From an uncultured virus (IMG/VR IMGVR_UViG_3300025660_000004) (lineage: Duplodnaviria > Heunggongvirae > Uroviricota > Caudoviricetes): a stretch of 64,000 bases of DNA. The position numbers were made by a program, and so were the translations under genes. Numbering within the stretch: the stretch's first letter is position 1; each line of letters starts with the position of its first letter. Shown here in pieces: positions 8,908 to 17,961 of the stretch. Under the pieces are notes generated by a model that saw only the letters and a program-made list of their open reading frames with translations, did no database searches and was not told where the DNA came from. Location of the stretch: IMG/VR virus record IMGVR_UViG_3300025660_000004; one strand, 5' to 3'.

Positions 8908-9186
8908 CTAGAAGCTACCGCTCGAACCGCCGTAGCCACCGCCTCCGAAGCCGCCGGAGGAGCCGCCGTAGCCGCCCCCACCGAAGCTGCTGGACGATGA
9001 CGATGACGACGAGTAGCTGTCCCGACGACGACGTGCCGCAGCCTCATCGGCCTGTCGCTGACGTTCCCGGCGACGTGCTGCCTCCGCATCACGACGGGCC
9101 TGCTCCTCTGCCTCGCGGATGCGACGGAGCCGGGTCTGCTCGGCGTCGTAGGCACGCTCGGCTCGACGGGTCGTGGTCGGGCTCAT
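8908..9186 (-). CDS. coiled-coil protein with Ser/Gly-rich tail
   Basis: ORF ending SSSS..FGGGGYGGSSGGFGGGGYGG. Confidence 0.6.
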   Translation of the reverse strand: MSPTTTRRAERAYDAEQTRLRRIREAEEQARRDAEAARRRERQRQADEAAARRRRDSYSSSSSSSSSFGGGGYGGSSGGFGGGGYGGSSGSF

Positions 9187-9401
9187 CGTGCGTACTCCTC
9201 ACGGAACAGGTTGGAGGCGTGGTCGGTCTGTGCCGCCGTGGCACCCGACCGCCGGTAGCTTCGCTGCAAGTGGGCCAGAGCGTCGTCGAGCGTGATGGCC
9301 TCTGCGACGTAGAGGCGGGCGCTGCCACGAATGCGCTCGCTGTTCATGTGGGCCACGTCAGCGGCTTCGGGCTTCCAGATGTAGGGGACTCCGATTCTCA
9401 T
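9183..9401 (-). CDS. hypothetical protein (leaderless)
   Basis: ATG 6 nt after promoter box. Confidence 0.6.
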   Translation of the reverse strand: MRIGVPYIWKPEAADVAHMNSERIRGSARLYVAEAITLDDALAHLQRSYRRSGATAAQTDHASNLFREEYAR

Positions 9402-9407
9402 GCTGCT

Positions 9408-9436
9408 ACTACGCCTCCGTGCCGGTGTCTGAGCCC
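9408..9436 (-). promoter_or_regulatory. phage promoter motif (leaderless)
   Basis: GGGCTCAGA-N14-CGTAGT-N6-ATG. Confidence 0.75.
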
Positions 9437-9825
9437 CATGCGGGGTGCATCGGGACCAGCACGCCTTCGATGCTGTCGGGCAGCAGGGCAAGCTCATCCG
9501 CGTCGTCGTCGAAGTGCTTGACTACGCCGAGGGCCACCAGCATCGGGGCCTTGTCCTCGCCGTTCGTGAAGATGATGAGATCGGCAGGGAGGTCGTGCTT
9601 CACGACGAAGTCGGCAATCGCCATCCGCTCGGTCCACCCGTGCGTCACGACCCCCTCGAACTTCTCGCACCGGGAGGTGACGATGAGCACGGTGTCACCC
9701 GCTGCCTTGTGCTCCCGCATCAGGGCGATGATGGGCTCGTTCGGCCCCGCCTCGATCAACCCCTGATCGCCGTCCGGGACGGTCTGGAGCAGGGTGTCAT
9801 CGAAGTCGAAGCTCACGCGGGCCAT
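9409..9825 (-). CDS. HAD-superfamily phosphatase
   Basis: SFDFDDTL, IVTSR, K, HFDDD motifs. Confidence 0.75.
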   Translation of the reverse strand: MARVSFDFDDTLLQTVPDGDQGLIEAGPNEPIIALMREHKAAGDTVLIVTSRCEKFEGVVTHGWTERMAIADFVVKHDLPADLIIFTNGEDKAPMLVALGVVKHFDDDADELALLPDSIEGVLVPMHPAWGSDTGTEA

Positions 9826-9827
9826 GT

Positions 9828-10109
9828 CTAGTTCCAGTCGTGTGCCGGGCGGTTGCGCTGCTCGATGTTGCCAGCCGACATCGAGCCGTTCTTGTGGGCC
9901 GTGACGACGACCCCGCTCCATGGCTTCACAGCCTTGCTGGGGCCTTCCGAGCCGTTCGCCCATGCCAGTACATCAGCCGCGAGGGCACACCAGTCAGGGA
10001 ACGACAGAGGGGCCTGTGAGCCCCTGACCATGTGGTCCTGATCGGTCAGTTCCCATTTGTTCGTGTCCTTCGCCAGGAAGAGCGCGAATCGAAGGGGCTT
10101 GCGGGCCAT
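9828..10109 (-). CDS. hypothetical protein
   Basis: AGGAGG RBS; 93 aa. Confidence 0.65.
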   Translation of the reverse strand: MARKPLRFALFLAKDTNKWELTDQDHMVRGSQAPLSFPDWCALAADVLAWANGSEGPSKAVKPWSGVVVTAHKNGSMSAGNIEQRNRPAHDWN

Positions 10110-10118
10110 GTCGTCCTC

Positions 10119-10484
10119 CTACGCCGCCATGCGACGGGCGATGCTCTTGCGGCTGGCTCGCCACTCCCAGGTGTCCATCAGGAGATCCTCGGCAGCTTCG
10201 GCGTCGGCCAGCTCGCGGGCCACCGCTGCCGCCTCGTCCGCAAGCTCCTGTGCGGCCCACGCAGCCTCGTCCGCCGCCTCGATGGCCCCCCACATCGCCA
10301 GCTCCTCGTCAGAGGGGCAGAGGGCGTCCACGGCCTCCCAGATGGCCTCGGTGGAGGTGCCTTCCCACCGCATCCAGCGGGGGCGGATGCCGTTGTAGTC
10401 CTTGTAGCAATCCGAGTACGCCGAGATGGCGGCACTGCGGTCGGAGTCGGCGGGGGCGGCGGTCTGGTTGGCGGTGTTGCTCAT
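10119..10484 (-). CDS. hypothetical protein (leaderless)
   Basis: YSDCYKDYNGIRPRW; ATG 6 nt after promoter box. Confidence 0.7.
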   Translation of the reverse strand: MSNTANQTAAPADSDRSAAISAYSDCYKDYNGIRPRWMRWEGTSTEAIWEAVDALCPSDEELAMWGAIEAADEAAWAAQELADEAAAVARELADAEAAEDLLMDTWEWRASRKSIARRMAA

Positions 10485-10490
10485 GCCCCT

Positions 10491-10519
10491 ACTACGGGGC
10501 TCTTACGGGTTCTGAGCCC
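10491..10519 (-). promoter_or_regulatory. phage promoter motif (divergent pair)
   Basis: GGGCTCAGA-N14-CGTAGT. Confidence 0.75.
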
Positions 10520-10573
10520 CTTTCCTTGCACCACGCTCATTTAGATTCTTGCCCTGCAATTTCCCGCAGATAG

Positions 10574-10602
10574 GGGCTCAGAACCCGGAACACGTCCGTA
10601 GT
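10574..10602 (+). promoter_or_regulatory. phage promoter motif (divergent pair)
   Basis: GGGCTCAGA-N14-CGTAGT. Confidence 0.75.
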
Positions 10603-10638
10603 AGGGGTGTAAGCGACAGACAACGAGTGGAGCCTCTG

Positions 10639-10950
10639 ATGACCGCGACCCGCACGACCCTGACCGCCCTCCAAGCCAACTTCGCCGAGTGGCGTCGGCA
10701 GGCACGCATCGAAGGCTTCAAGGGCACCAACGCCGACTTCCGGCAGGCGTGTCAGGCCCACATGCAGGGCGAGCCCACCCCCGAGGCGTGGGTCGCAGCA
10801 GCCGAGAACGTCCACTGGGACAACTACGTCGAGAGCCACTTCGACGAGTTGATGGGCGACGGCGATGACGACGACTACTACGAGCCCGAAGGCCCCGGCA
10901 TCACGGAGCCCTGGGAGTGCGCCTACGGCCCCCGTGAGGTGGCCTTCTAG
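10639..10950 (+). CDS. hypothetical protein
   Basis: GGAG RBS, acidic C-terminal half. Confidence 0.65.
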   Translation: MTATRTTLTALQANFAEWRRQARIEGFKGTNADFRQACQAHMQGEPTPEAWVAAAENVHWDNYVESHFDELMGDGDDDDYYEPEGPGITEPWECAYGPREVAF

Positions 10951-10951
10951 G

Positions 10952-10980
10952 GGGCTCAGAAGCCTGACCGCAAGCGTAGT
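10952..10980 (+). promoter_or_regulatory. phage promoter motif
   Basis: GGGCTCAGA-N14-CGTAGT. Confidence 0.75.
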
Positions 10981-11003
10981 GACACTGGACGACGGAGACG
11001 ACG

Positions 11004-11450
11004 ATGCCTTTTGACGACGAAGACTACGAAGACCGACGCGCTGACCTCCGGGCCGAGTACGCCGAAGAGCTGGCCGCAGAGCGCAACAGCCGACGTGGCC
11101 GCTACAACTGCGGCGGCTTCGCATCGTGGGATGGCCCCTGCGGAGCCACGGACTGCTGCTCCTGCTACCCCGGTGGCTGCGATGAGGACGAGCCCGACGA
11201 GTCCGATGAGGATGAGGAGCTGGTGGTCCAGACCATCAAGTTCGTGACGGCCCGCAAGGCTCGCCCCGCCTTCTACGGCAAGTCAGAGATCCGCATCGGT
11301 GACCGGGTACGAGTCACCAGCGGCTTCACCTACGAGGAAGGCGGACCCCGGACGGGCTACTTCCGCTCCTACAATCTCGTCACCAAGGGGCCTGCGTGGA
11401 ACGTCGCCCCCGCCATCGTCACCGCCGACGACAACGACATCCCCTGGTAG
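11004..11450 (+). CDS. hypothetical Cys-cluster protein with SSB-like acidic tail
   Basis: CGATDCCSC; ends DDNDIPW. Confidence 0.7.
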   Translation: MPFDDEDYEDRRADLRAEYAEELAAERNSRRGRYNCGGFASWDGPCGATDCCSCYPGGCDEDEPDESDEDEELVVQTIKFVTARKARPAFYGKSEIRIGDRVRVTSGFTYEEGGPRTGYFRSYNLVTKGPAWNVAPAIVTADDNDIPW

Positions 11451-11454
11451 GACC

Positions 11455-11709
11455 ATGACCACCGACAAGACCAAGATCGCCATCCTCGGCACCCCCGGAT
11501 TCGGCAAGACCGCCCTGCTGGACGCCATCCTCAAGGCCGCCGGGCTCGACCCCGACCAGCGGGTCATCCTCGTGTCCCCCCACGAGGCGACTCCCGGCAA
11601 CGCCATCTTCCTCCAGACCAAGGGATCTGCCCCCTACCTCGGTACGGACACGCTGGATGCAGGGATCTCTGCCCGGTGGCAGGGCATCCAGTTTCCCAAG
11701 GACGACTGA
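11455..11709 (+). CDS. small P-loop-containing protein
   Basis: GTPGFGKT Walker A in an 84-aa ORF. Confidence 0.55.
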   Translation: MTTDKTKIAILGTPGFGKTALLDAILKAAGLDPDQRVILVSPHEATPGNAIFLQTKGSAPYLGTDTLDAGISARWQGIQFPKDD

Positions 11710-12389
11710 TGGGCTACTCGCTGTCCCTCCCCTGCAAGTCGAGTCCGGCCCGCGACAAGCTGGCCGGATTCCTGCGGGCGAACCTCCGACGCTTCACCCT
11801 CGTCTGCGACGAAGAGGTAGCGATCCGGGATGAGTGGACGGCGGATGCCATGACCCGACCGGGCCGACGCACCCTCGACCTCCCGGACTCCAACCGGAGC
11901 TACGACCCGACCCGTGAGATCATGGTCGGACGCCAGCTCGCCTACGGAGCATCCACCAGCAAGATCGGGTTCAACTTCTCGACGGCGGGCGACTTCTCCA
12001 TCTACATGCACGCGGTCCTCTCGTGGGGCGCTCTGCACAGTGGGCGTCGCAAGGGCTTGAACGCCCTCTCGGTCGTCGGCCACGCCGATCAGGCCGTCCA
12101 CTACATCACCCACGACCGCACCCCCATCCCCGTCCTGACCGTCGAGGACATGGCCGAGTGGGACCCCAGGGACCGCGAGTACGGTGAGATGCAGTGGCAG
12201 GTGGATGCCCTAGGGCTCCGGGTGCTCAAGGACGCCGACTACTACGCCCTCCACAGCTTCGGAGCAGCCATGCGGGAGGTCGAGCATCGACCCCTGATCG
12301 AACGCATCTTCCGACGTGAGCAGGCCCTCCACCGCATCACCGCACGGGAGATGCAGCGGCTCGACACCCTCTGGAAGGACTACCCCTGA
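11709..12389 (+). CDS. hypothetical protein
   Basis: TGATG-coupled ORF. Confidence 0.65.
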   Translation: MGYSLSLPCKSSPARDKLAGFLRANLRRFTLVCDEEVAIRDEWTADAMTRPGRRTLDLPDSNRSYDPTREIMVGRQLAYGASTSKIGFNFSTAGDFSIYMHAVLSWGALHSGRRKGLNALSVVGHADQAVHYITHDRTPIPVLTVEDMAEWDPRDREYGEMQWQVDALGLRVLKDADYYALHSFGAAMREVEHRPLIERIFRREQALHRITAREMQRLDTLWKDYP

Positions 12390-12586
12390 TGGCCGACGAA
12401 GAGCCCTCCCTCCCGCCCCACACCGATGAGACGGGTCACGTCTTCATCCCCCACCCGCCCGGAAGCGGCGGGCTGGAGTGTGTGATCGGGTGCAACCCGA
12501 TGTGGGACGGCGTCCGGCACCATCCCGACTGCCCCAAGCTCCAGGGCTGGAGGGCAGCTCTGGCGAACGTGAGGACCCGCGAATGA
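12389..12586 (+). CDS. hypothetical protein
   Basis: TGATG-coupled 65-aa ORF. Confidence 0.55.
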   Translation: MADEEPSLPPHTDETGHVFIPHPPGSGGLECVIGCNPMWDGVRHHPDCPKLQGWRAALANVRTRE

Positions 12587-12939
12587 CCCCCGACCAGCGA
12601 ACCGACCTCGTGGACCTGGTGACCCTCATCGCCGAGCTTGACATGCCCGTGAACAACACCGAAGCCGCCCTGGTCCGGCGTTCCGGCATGTCCGAAGAAA
12701 CCGTCGCATGGGGCCTCGACGTGCTGTTCAACGACGGCAAGGGCTGGCTCGATGCCCACGATCACCCGAAGACCGACGAGCGGGGCTACCTGCTCAACGC
12801 CAGATTCGATGACGACGGCGACATCGAGGATCTGTTCGCCCGCTGGTCCGCAGCACAGGCTGATGCCCTCGTCTTCGATGCTGACGACGAGGACCCCGAC
12901 GACGAGTGGGCCGACATCGACGATGAGGACGACGACTGA
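12583..12939 (+). CDS. acidic hypothetical protein
   Basis: ATGA-coupled ORF with Asp-rich tail. Confidence 0.65.
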   Translation: MTPDQRTDLVDLVTLIAELDMPVNNTEAALVRRSGMSEETVAWGLDVLFNDGKGWLDAHDHPKTDERGYLLNARFDDDGDIEDLFARWSAAQADALVFDADDEDPDDEWADIDDEDDD

Positions 12940-13259
12940 TGAAGTGCCTGACCTGGTTTCTTGGGGTGCTCGGACTGGAAGAGCCGATGGAGCCGCGTGG
13001 CGTGCTCTCCGATGGGCAGCGGGTCGAGATGCTCGTGGACTTCGTGGGCCTCGCCATGGATGAGGACTGCCAGGGGGTCGCCCTCTCCGACGACATGGAG
13101 ACGGTCGAGCGGTGGATCGCGGCCTACTGCTGGCTCCAGGACGACGCGAACAAGGAGCGGCCCGACGTGTACCAAGAGGAGCTGGAGGGTCTCGAAGCCA
13201 TCGAACGTCGCTGGTTGGAGGCTCAGAAGAATCCCGTGGGGAGTAGTGACGGAACATGA
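12939..13259 (+). CDS. hypothetical protein
   Basis: TGATG-coupled ORF. Confidence 0.55.
   Translation: MKCLTWFLGVLGLEEPMEPRGVLSDGQRVEMLVDFVGLAMDEDCQGVALSDDMETVERWIAAYCWLQDDANKERPDVYQEELEGLEAIERRWLEAQKNPVGSSDGT
13220..13247 (+). promoter_or_regulatory. phage promoter motif
   Basis: GGCTCAGA-N14-AGTAGT. Confidence 0.7.
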
Positions 13260-13644
13260 GCACAGATCCATCTGACATGCCTGCCGCCGACCTGCTCAGA
13301 CCGCTCTAGGGCGGGCCTGGGCCGTCCTAGACGGCATCATCGACCACTGGACGGAGTGGTGGATTCCCCCGACGTGGTTCCGGGGTCGAGGGAATCCCTC
13401 CGACCCGCTGGACGAGGTGGACCGCAACTGGTCGATCGATGAGGTGGTGAAGTGGTCGCAGACGGGAGAGGCCGACCCGAGCGACCTGTTCGATCTGTTC
13501 GCCCCACCCGGCCACGAGAATGGCTGCATGAGGTGGGGCCTCTGTGAGACCGTTGCGTCCGCTGGCGACATGCCCTGGTCACAGGTCGAAGAAGACCTCG
13601 CCCCGGTGCCCGCAGCCCCCGTGAAGGGGCCGCAGACAGACTAG
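13256..13644 (+). pseudogene. probable remnant of a PAPS-reductase-like gene (C-terminal part)
   Basis: ATG 13256 frame stops early; another frame encodes IDEVVKWSQT..DLF..CMRWGLCE with no upstream start except GTG 13417. Confidence 0.4.
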
Positions 13645-13659
13645 AGGCCGCAGTCGGCC

Positions 13660-13890
13660 TTACAGGTCGCGTCGCGTGCTCTTCGAGGCGCTGAAGCGCA
13701 GGACGCTGCGAGCGGGCACGTGGACCTCGCCGCCGGTCTGCGGGTTGCGGGCCGTCTTCGCGGCGACCTGCTTGCGCGCGAACGAGCCGAAGCCGCGCAG
13801 CATCAGGGTGTCCCCGTCGCTGTTGGTCTCGCGCTCGATCAGCTCGATGGCGTCCTTGATGGTCTTCTTCTCTGCGGTGCTCATAGCCAT
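13660..13890 (-). CDS. hup: HU/IHF family DNA-binding protein
   Basis: LRGFGSF, ARNPQTG, VPAR..LRFSASK. Confidence 0.92.
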   Translation of the reverse strand: MAMSTAEKKTIKDAIELIERETNSDGDTLMLRGFGSFARKQVAAKTARNPQTGGEVHVPARSVLRFSASKSTRRDL

Positions 13891-13969
13891 GGGTCAGTGT
13901 CTCCGTACCCGTTGTGGGTCGAGCACCTTACCCATGCTGGGCACGGGATAGACCCCCCCGACGCGATCT

Positions 13970-14776
13970 TCAAATCCGGTCAGGGAGGGGCTCCAGGGAT
14001 CTGTCGTCGAATGGGAGCCCCAGAAGCACCCGCAACTTCATGCGAAGCGGCTGTTCCCGCCACCACTCCATCTGTTCCCGCTGGTGTTGACGGCGTTTCG
14101 GCCGGGACTTCCAGAAGTAGGCTGGCAGCAGGGGGTCGATGCTCCGGTTGACGGTGCGGTACTCCAGCGTTGTCTGGATCCCGAGTCTCCGGCAGCGAGC
14201 ACCAAGCTCGTTCAGGCTCATGTCAAGGCTCCTGGTGCCTGCTGGTGGGACTCGTATGCCTGGTGGTACGGCAGCAGCAAACTGGTTGGGCCAGCGCCGT
14301 ACCCATTCGTCGTAGTGCGTGTCGATGTAGGTCTCGACATCGAAGTCGGGGTGGGGTGGTCCTCGGCGACGAGGTGGCTGGCGTACACGCTGCTTTCCTG
14401 TCGCCCGTGGGGTGGGTGCCGCGTTGGCCACGGGTGGCTGTAGGAGAGCGTTGATCTCCTGAAGCCCCCGCAGGATCTCGCGCTGATTCGCAAGTACCTG
14501 TGGCGAAGGGTCCTCGGGGGTTGCTCGTTCTCGGCCCTCTTCCATGGCGTAGGTGATGGTCCGTGTGCCCCTGAGCTTCTGAGAGGGTCCCTTGAGCCCA
14601 TCGACGATCTCGCTGATCAGTTGAATACGCCCCTGCCTGCATCGAAGCGGTAGATCAATGAGCTTGATGACCTTGCGCTGGAGACCCACCGAAATCGACT
14701 GGTCCCGGAGGAGGGCCTCCAGCGCGAAAGGGGCCAGGACTCGCAGCAGCCGAGATACCTGGTCCGGTCTACTCAT
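13970..14776 (-). CDS. hypothetical protein coupled to ParA
   Basis: 268-aa ORF, ATGA overlap with parA. Confidence 0.6.
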   Translation of the reverse strand: MSRPDQVSRLLRVLAPFALEALLRDQSISVGLQRKVIKLIDLPLRCRQGRIQLISEIVDGLKGPSQKLRGTRTITYAMEEGRERATPEDPSPQVLANQREILRGLQEINALLQPPVANAAPTPRATGKQRVRQPPRRRGPPHPDFDVETYIDTHYDEWVRRWPNQFAAAVPPGIRVPPAGTRSLDMSLNELGARCRRLGIQTTLEYRTVNRSIDPLLPAYFWKSRPKRRQHQREQMEWWREQPLRMKLRVLLGLPFDDRSLEPLPDRI

Positions 14777-15831
14777 CGAAAGAACCGGGCTCGGCTGACC
14801 ACGCTGTTGTTCCGGTTCTTGGCCCGGACCTCACGGACCTTGAGCCGCAGGTCTTCCGGGTTGAATGCGGTGCTCTGGAGCCAGTCCGGGAACGCCGGAA
14901 TGCTCTGGTCGCTGATGCGTGAGAACACCTCGGCACAGAGCCGCCGGTAGTCGTGCTTGGCGACGGCCGTCATGGCTCGCCACGTGTCGCCGGGCTGCGA
15001 GGTGCGCTCCGGGCTCAGGGTCGTCCGTACAGCCGCCGGGATGAAGTGCTTCGGGAACGCCTCGTACATGACCTGGAACCACTCTTCGGCCTTGACGCCG
15101 TAGGGTCCGACCGGAGTGGCCTTCGGAATCGGCAGGTACTTGCCCACGGTGAAGTAGAGCTGAAGCGGGGCATCACCTCGCAGAACCCGCTCATGGTTGG
15201 CCGTCTGGATGATCGGCAGGAGGTTGAGCATCCCGATGATCGCGTCGGTGCCGTCGATGGGCATGATGATCACGTCAGCGGCGTGCAGCGTGAGATCCAC
15301 CGTCAATCCCCGGAGGGACGGCGGGGTGTCGATGAAGATGTAGTGGTAGTAGGGGCGAAGCTCGTCCAGCGCCTCCTTGAGGCGGAAGACGATGCTTGGG
15401 TCACGACGACGGCGGTACTCCAGAAGGAGCAGCGTCTCCTCGAAGGAGGTGTCGCCCGCCACGAGGTCGTAGCGCATGGCAATCGAGGGCACCTTCGTCG
15501 TCGTCACGTTCTCGCTGTAGTGCTCGGGCGTCCATCCGTCCATCGACTCCAGCAGCGCCCTGCTGATGTTGCCGTTGGCCTCCTCCGAGTACGTCAGGTG
15601 GCTCGTCATGTTCGCCTGGGCGTCCAGGTCAACGGTCAGGGTCGTGTCCCCGTGGTTGTGAACCCGGTCCATGTTCAGGGTGGCGGTCACCGTGGTCTTT
15701 GCACACCCACCCTTCGGGGACAGGGTTCCGACCACCACGCACTCTGGCTCGGGTTCGACGCCCGGGATCGGCTGATCCCCATCTTCTGGCCGGTGGAGGG
15801 GGCGGCGTCCTACATAGGGCTGTCGAGTCAT
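14773..15831 (-). CDS. parA: ParA/Soj family ATPase
   Basis: Deviant Walker A PKGGCAKTT, VDLDAQANMT, YIFIDTPP, AADVIIMP. Confidence 0.88.
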   Translation of the reverse strand: MTRQPYVGRRPLHRPEDGDQPIPGVEPEPECVVVGTLSPKGGCAKTTVTATLNMDRVHNHGDTTLTVDLDAQANMTSHLTYSEEANGNISRALLESMDGWTPEHYSENVTTTKVPSIAMRYDLVAGDTSFEETLLLLEYRRRRDPSIVFRLKEALDELRPYYHYIFIDTPPSLRGLTVDLTLHAADVIIMPIDGTDAIIGMLNLLPIIQTANHERVLRGDAPLQLYFTVGKYLPIPKATPVGPYGVKAEEWFQVMYEAFPKHFIPAAVRTTLSPERTSQPGDTWRAMTAVAKHDYRRLCAEVFSRISDQSIPAFPDWLQSTAFNPEDLRLKVREVRAKNRNNSVVSRARFFR

Positions 15832-16005
15832 GGGCTGCTCCTGGGTCGAAGGGCTGACACAGCGGTCAACCGCTCGTGGGTTCAAAAGCCTTACCCGTGA
15901 GCAAAAACCCATGAACCCCCCGTGTGAGCCCCTGGATGATTTTTTCCCTGCCCACCGCATGTGCGGGGGTCCAAAAGCGCCTACACGTTTTTTTAGACCC
16001 CCTCG

Positions 16006-16506
16006 TCAGTCTCCGAAAGACGCCCAGATAGCCTCGACCAGCCGAACGCACGTCGGCCCGTCGAACTTGGCGATGTGGGCGTCCTCGACGTTGAGGCCCA
16101 TCGCCTGCTGCATCCAGTGGTAGGCCGCAGACCGGCTGTCGAAAACCGTCTCATCCCCATTCCACAGCGGGTCGAAGGCGTTGTGGGCAGCCATCCGCAG
16201 TTTCTTCGTCCGGTGCGTCGCCGGGACACCCAAGGGCGTGCCGTCCGGGTGGGCTCCGTGGCTGCCCCGGCACTCAGGCCATGAGGTGCAGCCGTAGAAC
16301 AAGCCGTACTGCGACGACTTGAGCCTCATCGGCTCCCCGCACTCCGGGCAGGACAGTGGAACAGGGTGGAGAGCCGTCTGAGGAACGGTGGCCGTCTGGC
16401 CGTGGGCATCCCGGATGTGATCAGCCAGGCCGACCTTCCGCTTGCCACAGTGGGGGCACTGCTGCTTCGTGGGGCGAGGTAGACCGGGGATGTGCGACGG
16501 CCTCAC
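16006..16506 (-). CDS. zinc-finger protein (topoisomerase C4 zinc-ribbon plus DUF3268-like)
   Basis: CPECGEPMRLKSSQYGLFYGC; GTPLG..AHNAFDPLW..RSAAYHW..AHIAKFD. Confidence 0.7.
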   Translation of the reverse strand: MRPSHIPGLPRPTKQQCPHCGKRKVGLADHIRDAHGQTATVPQTALHPVPLSCPECGEPMRLKSSQYGLFYGCTSWPECRGSHGAHPDGTPLGVPATHRTKKLRMAAHNAFDPLWNGDETVFDSRSAAYHWMQQAMGLNVEDAHIAKFDGPTCVRLVEAIWASFGD

Positions 16507-16724
16507 TTCGAGATCGACCAGTAGGCCCCACCGGGCACTGGCGTCATCTCGGTCAGGTCACCCATCGTCGCCAGCAACGCTTTCAAGCGGTTGCCGGACT
16601 GCTCCCCGAAGTGCTCCTTGAGCTGTCGGTACGTCTGGCCGTTGGCCTCTCGCAGCCGGTCGAGGACTTCCTCCCGTGTGGGGCTGGTCTCGCGGTCGTC
16701 CCAAAAGGTCGCAGGCAACGGCAT
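16503..16724 (-). CDS. tag-family protein (MPLPATFWDD) with winged-helix-like domain
   Basis: Tag; short helical domain; promoter upstream. Confidence 0.7.
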   Translation of the reverse strand: MPLPATFWDDRETSPTREEVLDRLREANGQTYRQLKEHFGEQSGNRLKALLATMGDLTEMTPVPGGAYWSISK

Positions 16725-16745
16725 CAGGCGTACTCCTCCCCCTCT

Positions 16746-16773
16746 ACTACGGGCCGGGTAGCCGGTCTGAGCC
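16746..16773 (-). promoter_or_regulatory. phage promoter motif
   Basis: GGCTCAGA-N14-CGTAGT. Confidence 0.75.
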
Positions 16774-16775
16774 TG

Positions 16776-17195
16776 TCAAGCTCCGGTGAGCAGATCGTCA
16801 ATGCCGAGCACCTGCGGCACCGGCTTGCGCTTCAGAGCCCGGTTGATGGCCTGCACGATGCCGAGCAGGTACTCCCTCGACCCCCTGATGGCCTTCATCA
16901 GCTCCTTGGGGTCCTGCGTCCGCATCTCGGTGATGAGCAGCTTCGTGGCCTTCTTGCGGCCTGCTGGCTTGATGCGCTGCATGAACCGGAAGTGGATGTC
17001 CCGCGTCTTCGACCTGGTGCCCGACAGGATCACCCGGATCTCGTACTCGTTGAACGTCACCTCCGCATGGTGGCTACCACCCAGCGTCCGGGGGCACAGC
17101 ACGTCGCAGCCCTTGTAAACGTCCTCCAAGGCCGCCTTCACGTCGAGGATGCCTAGACCCTCTGCCATGCCTTTGCGGTCGTCCTTGTCGCTCAT
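16776..17195 (-). CDS. hypothetical protein
   Basis: GGAGGAG RBS; 139 aa. Confidence 0.7.
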   Translation of the reverse strand: MSDKDDRKGMAEGLGILDVKAALEDVYKGCDVLCPRTLGGSHHAEVTFNEYEIRVILSGTRSKTRDIHFRFMQRIKPAGRKKATKLLITEMRTQDPKELMKAIRGSREYLLGIVQAINRALKRKPVPQVLGIDDLLTGA

Positions 17196-17479
17196 CGCTC
17201 CTCCGGGGGTGTCTCTGATCTACCCGCGAGGACAGCCGTGACGACCCCCTCCACGTCATCATCGTCCACGGGACCCCCGTTGAGTCGCGCCTCCCGGACA
17301 GCCCGGAGCCGGAGCCGCTCGGTCGCCTGCTTGCTCTTCTGGACCGCGAGCCGGGCGTCAAGGCGTGCCTGCTGGCCGAGCTGTTTCTTCGCCAGCTCTG
17401 CCAGTTCGTACACGTCCGAACGGTCGTACTCGTCGTGGACGAGCACCTGTTCGATCAGCTTGTCGAGCCTTGAGGCCAT
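17192..17479 (-). CDS. hypothetical protein
   Basis: MASRLDKLIEQ ORF coupled to downstream gene. Confidence 0.6.
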   Translation of the reverse strand: MASRLDKLIEQVLVHDEYDRSDVYELAELAKKQLGQQARLDARLAVQKSKQATERLRLRAVREARLNGGPVDDDDVEGVVTAVLAGRSETPPEER

Positions 17480-17961
17480 CGTTCCCTGATGTGGAAGACC
17501 CGCTGTTGCAGCGTGGCCCACTTGTTGAAGTCCCGCTTGTGCAGGTTCTTGAGGATGCTGTGGTCGCACACGGCCACCCGCGAATCGTGCTCGGGTCTCC
17601 ACTCGATCACGAAGTCATGCTCCACAGGGGAGTCCGACAAGCCGTCGAACGTCTCGCGGAGGAGAGCAGCCAGCGACGGAGCCAGCCTGGTCCACCCCAT
17701 CGGGAGGGCCACGGCAGAGAGGCCCTTCAAGTCCTCCGGCCACAGCACCAGCATCGCGTACACGCACTGGCCTTGGACATCGGCTTGAGCGGCGAATGGT
17801 TGGTCGCCGTCCATGATGAAGCTCACCCGCTGCGGGCTGTCCTTGGGCAACCGGATGTAGTCCCTCGGAGCCGTCACCGAGAGCAACGGATTCGTGGGCC
17901 AGCCCGTCCACGGGGGCGGCAGGGGTGCGGGCTCGTGCCAGAAGGAGGCGGGGAGGGCCAT
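17455..17961 (-). CDS. tag-family protein (MALPASFWHE)
   Basis: TGATG-coupled start at 17961; tag at N-terminus. Confidence 0.7.
   Translation of the reverse strand: MALPASFWHEPAPLPPPWTGWPTNPLLSVTAPRDYIRLPKDSPQRVSFIMDGDQPFAAQADVQGQCVYAMLVLWPEDLKGLSAVALPMGWTRLAPSLAALLRETFDGLSDSPVEHDFVIEWRPEHDSRVAVCDHSILKNLHKRDFNKWATLQQRVFHIRERWPQGSTS

Noticed and set aside
8908..9020. Gly/Ser tandem repeat as a special element
   Set aside because: It is an ordinary low-complexity protein tail.
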